From an uncultured virus (IMG/VR IMGVR_UViG_3300045240_000158) (Duplodnaviria; Heunggongvirae; Uroviricota; Caudoviricetes), in the IMG/VR virus record IMGVR_UViG_3300045240_000158: a stretch of 20,000 nucleotides of DNA; one strand, 5' to 3'. A program made the position numbers and the translations under genes. Under the pieces are notes generated by a model that was not told the origin of the DNA, did not search any database, and saw only the letters and a list, made by a program, of their open reading frames with translations. Shown here piece by piece: positions 15,158 to 20,000 of this stretch; position 1 is the first letter of the stretch; each line of letters starts with the position of its first letter.

Positions 15158-15484
15158 TCACGGTGAAGGCTCTTCGACGGCAATCTTCTTGAACGTTACA
15201 GCGCGCGACGGTACGAGCCCGACGTCCGGCTCCCAGATGAAGCTGATCTCGCCGCACACGAAGACGCGCTCTGGGGCGACGCCGCACGTACACGAGAAGC
15301 ACAAGGGACACGAGTCCCGACGGTGATCGTCACACGGGATGCTGATCCACGATCGGGTAGCGATCCGCAGACGGCATTCGATCGCATGATGATCGACGAA
15401 GCACGCACAGGGTGTCACCGGCCCGAAGGCATCGTCCTGGCGGATGATGTTGCACTTCGAGCAGAAACCGACCTCGGTCGTCAT
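15158..15484 (-). CDS. Cys-rich hypothetical protein
   Basis: Start at ATG 15484 (SD GGAGG); CSKC, CAC..HH..C, C..H..CPLC..CTC. Confidence 0.7.
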   Translation of the reverse strand: MTTEVGFCSKCNIIRQDDAFGPVTPCACFVDHHAIECRLRIATRSWISIPCDDHRRDSCPLCFSCTCGVAPERVFVCGEISFIWEPDVGLVPSRAVTFKKIAVEEPSP

Positions 15485-15756
15485 GCGCGGCCTCCAGGTT
15501 GTTGAACGATTCGAGAGGCCGTCGTCCGGGACGCGACCTTCGCACGGCATTGACACTCGCCGCAGATGCACTTGCGCGCGGCGCGACGGCGCTTGACCCA
15601 CGCAGCCGCATCAAACTCACGAGGCGGCAACGGCGAGTCGACCTCCGGTGTCTTGGGGAGTGGATGTTTCCACCACTGCTTTTCGTAGGGAAGCGCGTCG
15701 CACCCTTGGCAGGAGCCCCCACGAAAGTCGTTCCCGCAGCGCCGGCACTTGCTCAC
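15481..15756 (-). CDS. Cys-rich hypothetical protein
   Basis: Start at GTG 15756 (SD GGAGG); CRRC..CQGC, CICGEC. Confidence 0.65.
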   Translation of the reverse strand: MSKCRRCGNDFRGGSCQGCDALPYEKQWWKHPLPKTPEVDSPLPPREFDAAAWVKRRRAARKCICGECQCRAKVASRTTASRIVQQPGGRA

Positions 15757-16073
15757 ACGTCCTCCATCGCGCACCGGTTGCAGCAGTAAACCGCCGGCCA
15801 CTGCGGATGCAGCGCGCTGCGGCAGTCCTCGTTCTCGCACAACCGGCCAGGCGACTCGGCAACCCCGCACATGAGGCAGCGGTGTCCCATGAGGCAGCGG
15901 TGTCCCATGAAGGCTGCCAGGTTCGCGGGGACCTCTTCGACCGTCGGATCACAATCGATCTGCCGCAGGTGATCGAGGCAGATGATCATGCCTTCGTGCG
16001 GGTGGCGCCTGTAGATCGGCAGCGTCGGATCGGGCGGCGTGACGACGCGGACGAGAGCGCTCGTGGACGTCAC
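15753..16073 (-). CDS. Cys-rich hypothetical protein
   Basis: Start at GTG 16073; CLMC, CENEDC...YCCNRC. Confidence 0.7.
   Translation of the reverse strand: MTSTSALVRVVTPPDPTLPIYRRHPHEGMIICLDHLRQIDCDPTVEEVPANLAAFMGHRCLMGHRCLMCGVAESPGRLCENEDCRSALHPQWPAVYCCNRCAMEDV
15870..15910. repeat. 18-nt perfect tandem duplication
   Basis: CATGAGGCAGCGGTGTCC at 15870-15887 and 15888-15905, plus partial CATGA; encodes MGHRCL twice. Confidence 0.95.
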
Positions 16074-16486
16074 TGCACGTCCTCCAGCTCCCACGTGGCG
16101 TAGAAGTACGCGGGGACGTCGCCGACATTCGTGGCCCGGATCGCCACCCGCGCGCCGACGCCGAAGTTCCCGTGCACCACAATCACGGTCCCGGCCTCCA
16201 GGGCGTCGACGTAGTCGACCACAGCTTCATCGATCGTGATCTCGTCGATCATGACCTCGTCGATACGCCATTCGCCCGGCCTACCGCGTACCGAGCCGCT
16301 AGGCCCGAGCACCCACAGTCGGTGATCGGGCCCGACGCGGAGGCCGGTGAAGGCCATCGGCGCAGCGGTTTGCAGCTCCGCCTCGACGCGCACCGTTTCG
16401 CCGGGCAGCGACGGTGGCGTGGAGGCAAAGTCGCCGCGGAGCGGCCAACCGCCGGCCGGATCGGTCGTCATGGGGAGCAGCTTCAC
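16070..16486 (-). CDS. Hypothetical beta-strand-rich protein
   Basis: Start at GTG 16486; alternating hydrophobic strands (TVRVEAEL, WRIDEVMID, RVAIRATN, YFYATW). Confidence 0.7.
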   Translation of the reverse strand: MKLLPMTTDPAGGWPLRGDFASTPPSLPGETVRVEAELQTAAPMAFTGLRVGPDHRLWVLGPSGSVRGRPGEWRIDEVMIDEITIDEAVVDYVDALEAGTVIVVHGNFGVGARVAIRATNVGDVPAYFYATWELEDVQ

Positions 16487-17106
16487 GGCGCCTTCTCCGC
16501 GGGCGTCTCGAGGTCGCAACCCGGCCTCCAGGTCGGATCCTCGTCGCATCTCGCCCACGACCGGCACAGCATCGCCGCGGTCGCCAGGTTCGCGGCGAGC
16601 CGTTGCAGGTTCTCGGGCCGAAGCGGCGAGTGACACTTCCAGCAGTCGGGGTCACAGCAGCCCGAGTCTCCACAGAAGTCGCAGGAGGTCAGGTTGGTGT
16701 CGCGCACGAAGGCGTAGAACGCTTCCCGCTCCTCGGGCGTCATCGAGACCTCCTCGTGGTTGGGTGAGTCCGTAGGGGAGCTGTTGTCGTCGGCCAGCTG
16801 CTTGGCCGCGGCTTTGATCTCGTCGTTACGTCGCATCCACTCGTCCGTGTTGAGATCGTGCAGATGGTGAAGTTGCACGATCGCATCGTGCAACTTCTGC
16901 TCATCATCGGTCATGGCCTCACGAATCGTCACATCGAGAACCGCTCGACGAGCCTCGTCGCAAAGGCGATCAGCTTCGAGATAGCGCTGCCACAGATCTT
17001 CGTTGTCGCGCAGGACGACGCAGAACGAGCTGTCCCAGCTGTACGGGCTATCCGAGCAATCTTCGAGACTGCCGGACTCGGGGTCGACGTAGAGACGACG
17101 CTTCAC
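16483..17106 (-). CDS. Hypothetical protein, possibly two in-frame cistrons (internal start 16743)
   Basis: Start at GTG 17106; internal SD GAGGAGG before ATG 16743; Cys-rich C-terminal part. Confidence 0.7.
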   Translation of the reverse strand: MKRRLYVDPESGSLEDCSDSPYSWDSSFCVVLRDNEDLWQRYLEADRLCDEARRAVLDVTIREAMTDDEQKLHDAIVQLHHLHDLNTDEWMRRNDEIKAAAKQLADDNSSPTDSPNHEEVSMTPEEREAFYAFVRDTNLTSCDFCGDSGCCDPDCWKCHSPLRPENLQRLAANLATAAMLCRSWARCDEDPTWRPGCDLETPAEKAP

Positions 17107-17453
17107 GACGCGGCCGTTCCCGTCCAGCAGCTGCGCACGATCGCGAATACCTCGTCGAGGCTCGCGCACTCCTTGCTGTAGTGTGTCGCGCCCTGCGTGG
17201 TGGTGTCTTTGCTCACGCCGTGGACGTGTACGAAGAAGTGGACCTTGCCGTCGAAGACCCCGACCGTCATCCGGTAGACGTGGTCCTTTTTCCGTGGCTC
17301 TGGGTCCTCGATCAGGAGTGCGACGTGGCGATCGCGCGTCTCGGTGTGCTCCAGCTCGCCCAGCTCGATCGTGAGCTGGGGCAGCGCCGCACGCAGGCGA
17401 TCCCGCAGGGCGCCGAGGTCGTCGACGATCACACTTTTCATGGCGCGGCTCAT
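17103..17453 (-). CDS. Hypothetical protein
   Basis: Start at ATG 17453 (TGATG overlap); GC3 bias. Confidence 0.7.
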   Translation of the reverse strand: MSRAMKSVIVDDLGALRDRLRAALPQLTIELGELEHTETRDRHVALLIEDPEPRKKDHVYRMTVGVFDGKVHFFVHVHGVSKDTTTQGATHYSKECASLDEVFAIVRSCWTGTAAS

Positions 17454-17677
17454 CAGTTCGCGCCCTGCCCTGCCAGAAACGCCGGCAACAGCGGGTCGTG
17501 AACGCATTCGTCGCAGATCACTACGTACATGGCCGACGTGTGCTGGGTCTTCTTGAGCGACGCGGGTGTCACGTGGATGTCGTGCGCACAGCGCTCGCAC
17601 GTTCGTATGACCGTGCCTCCCGTCTCACTGATCAGCGACGACCCGACGCGGGCACACCGCAAGATGGTGCGGGTCAC
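17453..17677 (-). CDS. Small zinc-ribbon-like protein
   Basis: CERC...ICDEC. Confidence 0.7.
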   Translation of the reverse strand: MTRTILRCARVGSSLISETGGTVIRTCERCAHDIHVTPASLKKTQHTSAMYVVICDECVHDPLLPAFLAGQGAN

Positions 17678-17853
17678 TTGGGTACCCCGAGCACGTCAGC
17701 CGTGTCCTCGACCGCCGCGGCTTCCGCTTCCTCTCGCGACATCCCGCCGAGGTACTCGCGGATCGCGGCCCGCTCGGCGTGCTCCTCGATGACACGTGCG
17801 ATCGACAGACCGCCACGGTGGGCGATCCCCTGGAGCTGCTGACGAATAGTCAC
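17674..17853 (-). CDS. Small protein with ERAAIREYxGGMSREEAE motif
   Basis: Start at GTG 17853; helical-hairpin motif I recall from phage hypotheticals (unverified). Confidence 0.7.
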   Translation of the reverse strand: MTIRQQLQGIAHRGGLSIARVIEEHAERAAIREYLGGMSREEAEAAAVEDTADVLGVPK

Positions 17854-18128
17854 CGTTTCTCCCCGACGGTGACGTCGGTCCGCTCCTCGAACCAGGGGCA
17901 CGAGAAGCAGGGCACGGCAGCATTGTCGTAGCGCGTGAACCTGTGGGAGCAGCTCAGGCACCCGTGTCCGGCCGACGTGCCAAACGTGTAGTTCTCGCAG
18001 CGCTTCTCCATGTTCCGATCGCACACCTCTTTGTGGATGCACTTACCGCAATCGGTCTCCTCATCGACCTCGCGCTTGAAGTCGAGGATCTTGTCGGGAC
18101 CGCGGCCGAACAGCCAGTGTGTCTTCAT
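17850..18128 (-). CDS. Cys-rich hypothetical protein
   Basis: CGKCIHKEVC, C..Y, CLSCSH, CFSC. Confidence 0.75.
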   Translation of the reverse strand: MKTHWLFGRGPDKILDFKREVDEETDCGKCIHKEVCDRNMEKRCENYTFGTSAGHGCLSCSHRFTRYDNAAVPCFSCPWFEERTDVTVGEKR

Positions 18129-18274
18129 CGTCTGCCTACCCGGCTACCGCCCATGTCGTTCTCTTTCCACCACTTTAGGATCGCGCAATGCTCTTGATGA
18201 AGCGTAGGACGCCGCTCTCTCGCGACGTCACCTTCGGGCGTGCAGTTACAAACAGGTTTGGGTTTGTCATGCAT
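18125..18274 (-). CDS. 49-aa microprotein (not in the ORF track)
   Basis: MHDKPKPVCNCTPEG...LHQEHCAILKWWKEND...; stop overlaps the next ATG (ATGA). Confidence 0.5.
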   Translation of the reverse strand: MHDKPKPVCNCTPEGDVARERRPTLHQEHCAILKWWKENDMGGSRVGRR

Positions 18275-18299
18275 CACGCGCCTCGACTAGGTTGGGCAT

Positions 18300-18509
18300 T
18301 CATCGTCTCCTCCGATGCCCGCAGCGCCACCCGAGGCCCGGGTACGCGCAGTCGCTCCCGAACTCGCACGGCACGCCGAGGAAGGCGAGCACAATCCCTC
18401 CGCGCGTTTCCTGCTGCGGCGATGGATGAATGCGCGGCCCCTTCGGGAACGGATTGCGAGGGCGCTCACCACGCAGCTCGCGCACGAGGTCGACGACACG
18501 CTGGATCAT
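18300..18509 (-). CDS. Hypothetical protein
   Basis: Start at ATG 18509 overlapping the HicB-like stop; C-terminal C..C..CGH. Confidence 0.55.
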   Translation of the reverse strand: MIQRVVDLVRELRGERPRNPFPKGPRIHPSPQQETRGGIVLAFLGVPCEFGSDCAYPGLGWRCGHRRRR

Positions 18510-18754
18510 CGGTCTTGCCCTCCTCGGAAGCGCCGGATCGTCAGCGGCACGGGAGGCTCCTCCTTCGAGGTGCGCATGTCCACGAGCATGCTGCGAACGA
18601 GCCCGATAACGCCGTCGAGCGCCTCGTCGTGCGAGCTCGCCAGGTGAGAGAGCGACGGAAATTCCGTGCACACCCCGACGTAGCGCTGATCGTCCTCGGA
18701 CCAGACCACGCGGTAGGTGTACTTCTCGGCCGGATAGAGGGGCGTGGTCTTCAT
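18506..18754 (-). CDS. hicB: HicB-like antitoxin N-terminal domain without DNA-binding domain
   Basis: YTYRVVWSEDDQRYVGVCTEFPSLSHLASSHDEALDG...PPVPL; stops shortly after the linker. Confidence 0.8.
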   Translation of the reverse strand: MKTTPLYPAEKYTYRVVWSEDDQRYVGVCTEFPSLSHLASSHDEALDGVIGLVRSMLVDMRTSKEEPPVPLTIRRFRGGQDR

Positions 18755-19002
18755 GGGCTGCGCTTCTTCGCGAGGACCTTGTCCATCTTGCAGCCTCGAA
18801 CGATCGCGGCCAGGGACCGGTACCGCTTGTGACGGTAGCCGTAGCCAGGGAAGTTGCCGCTGACGACGTAGCCGGTCTTGCTGTAGACCGTGTCCCAGCG
18901 CCCGTCGCGGCCGAGGTCAGTGAGAGAGCCGCCGCGGTGAAGCTTGAGACCCCATTCCGCGTTTAGGGCCGCGCGGACTTCGTCGAAGGCATAACGAGTC
19001 AC
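18751..19002 (-). CDS. Basic hypothetical protein
   Basis: 83 aa, coupled to both neighbours. Confidence 0.7.
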   Translation of the reverse strand: MTRYAFDEVRAALNAEWGLKLHRGGSLTDLGRDGRWDTVYSKTGYVVSGNFPGYGYRHKRYRSLAAIVRGCKMDKVLAKKRSP

Positions 19003-19244
19003 CGACGGCGCTTCTTCCGCAAAGGGACTGTCGGATAGCGTTCGATCAAAAGATTGTTGAGCACGTCCGCGAGGCTGCGCCGTTCTGCCTTAGCTTGCGC
19101 ATCGAGCGCCTTACGGATCCGCTGAGGAATGCGGAGTGTCAGCTGATGGTCGCGAGGTTCTTGCGTCACGAGAAGGGTCACATTGTCATGCGTCACCCAG
19201 TGAATGTCTAGCGCCGACGGTGCTTCGCAGCCCCAAGGGATCAC
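18999..19244 (-). CDS. Ribbon-helix-helix DNA-binding protein
   Basis: QLTLRIPQRIRKALDAQAKAERRSLADVLNNLL; true start uncertain. Confidence 0.75.
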   Translation of the reverse strand: MIPWGCEAPSALDIHWVTHDNVTLLVTQEPRDHQLTLRIPQRIRKALDAQAKAERRSLADVLNNLLIERYPTVPLRKKRRR

Positions 19245-19429
19245 TTTCGAGGCGCCGAGCCCCTTGCAACCGGCAGCTTGCTGTCGAGCCGTCGAAGCGC
19301 GTTATCGCACGGGACGATCAGACCGCAGTCTCGGCATCCGCGCTGCCGGCACCGCGCACTCTCGACGCAGCCAGGCCACGCCCATCGCGCCATGACCGTG
19401 ACGAAGAGGGTGAGCGCGAGGCTTATCAC
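19241..19429 (-). CDS. Small protein with N-terminal hydrophobic segment and Cys cluster
   Basis: Start at GTG 19429; ISLALTLFVTVMARWAW then C..C..CRDC. Confidence 0.5.
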   Translation of the reverse strand: MISLALTLFVTVMARWAWPGCVESARCRQRGCRDCGLIVPCDNALRRLDSKLPVARGSAPRK

Positions 19430-19596
19430 CGCGCTTCCTTCGTACGCTGCGCCAAGCCTTTGGCCTTGCGGTACTTGTAGACGCACCTGTTGGAGACGCC
19501 GAGCCGTGCACTTGCCTCCCGCACGCTCGTGCCGGCATGGCTTTGCCTTTTTCCGCCTTGAACGCCTTCGGTAAAAGGGCAGCACGCCTCGTTCAT
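19426..19596 (-). CDS. 56-aa helix-turn-helix microprotein (not in the ORF track)
   Basis: Own translation: MNEACC...GTSVREASARLGVSNRCVYKYRKAKGL...; stop overlaps next GTG. Confidence 0.55.
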   Translation of the reverse strand: MNEACCPFTEGVQGGKRQSHAGTSVREASARLGVSNRCVYKYRKAKGLAQRTKEAR

Positions 19597-19614
19597 AGGC
19601 ACCAGCTAATCCAG

Positions 19615-19999
19615 CTATCGGATGACGCGAATTTCATCATCCGGCTTGCCATCACCGTAAAACGCATCGCGCGCAACTCGGCCGTCAACGGTGTCAATCG
19701 GTTGGTCAAAGGCTACGCTCACGAGCGGCCAGTCTCCCAAACCTCCGACGTCGTTGACCGATCACCGTTCCCTTCGCCCCAACATAATCGTCAATGTCAC
19801 TGCTAACGATGCGCACGCGCGCCCCCTTTGAGAAGCGCTGCTCAGCCTCGCGAAGCCACAAGACCTTCTTGGCAGGAGACTCTTGCAGCGGCGCCTCGTC
19901 GAGACTGGCTTCCAACTCGGGATGATCGCGAAGCAGGGCGAAGAAGCGCGCACGCACGTCTGAAGAGGCATCTTTCATCACGGACGCGAACGCCGACGA
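19615..19999 (-). pseudogene. Frameshifted gene with SH3/KOW-like domain (partial; starts beyond window)
   Basis: FSKGARVRIV..YVGAKGTVIG continues after skipping one base (about 19756) as NDVGGLGDWPLVSVAFDQPIDTVDG...EIRVIR*. Confidence 0.6.
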
Positions 20000-20000
20000 T

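Larger units (their letters stand above)
1..20000. mobile_element. Phage or prophage accessory/early-gene region
   Basis: Long runs of short co-directional ORFs with 1-4 nt start/stop overlaps, mostly hypotheticals, a phage-type DNA hypermodification enzyme and a collagen-like protein; no housekeeping genes. No structural hallmark gene recognised. Confidence 0.75.

Noticed and set aside
18751..19002. HicA toxin call for the ORF upstream of hicB
   Set aside because: No GSH-type catalytic His motif or VPxH pattern is recognisable.
1..20000. tRNA, rRNA or diversity-generating retroelement repeats
   Set aside because: No cloverleaf, rRNA-like segment or adenine-specific template/variable repeat pair seen by eye; tRNAscan and a self dot-plot would be decisive.

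Overview
GC-rich, densely packed region of about 45 mostly short ORFs with ATGA/GTGA overlaps, mainly + strand to 10.1 kb and - strand beyond. It looks like the accessory/early region of a large phage or prophage; a myxobacterial-style Fis-HTH hints at a Myxococcota host. Recognisable products: vWA protein, degenerate kinase-like protein, ParB/Srx-like domain, stand-alone Fis-type HTH, collagen-like protein, RNase H-like protein, two ribbon-helix-helix proteins, an aGPT-Pplase1-type thymidine hypermodification enzyme, an orphan HicB N-terminal domain and many Cys-rich microproteins. No capsid, terminase, integrase, rRNA, tRNA or CRISPR was recognised. Main signals: (1) an identical 12-aa N-terminal tag AAQLDREIAEAL on two unrelated proteins, differing only at synonymous DNA positions; (2) a promoter module present three times (GGGTA-N6-TACCC palindrome, 37-38 nt spacer, sigma54-like -24/-12 element), one copy driving the Fis-HTH gene; (3) an orphan HicB N-domain with no HicA; (4) a frameshifted gene at the right edge. 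All family calls are by eye; no searches were run.
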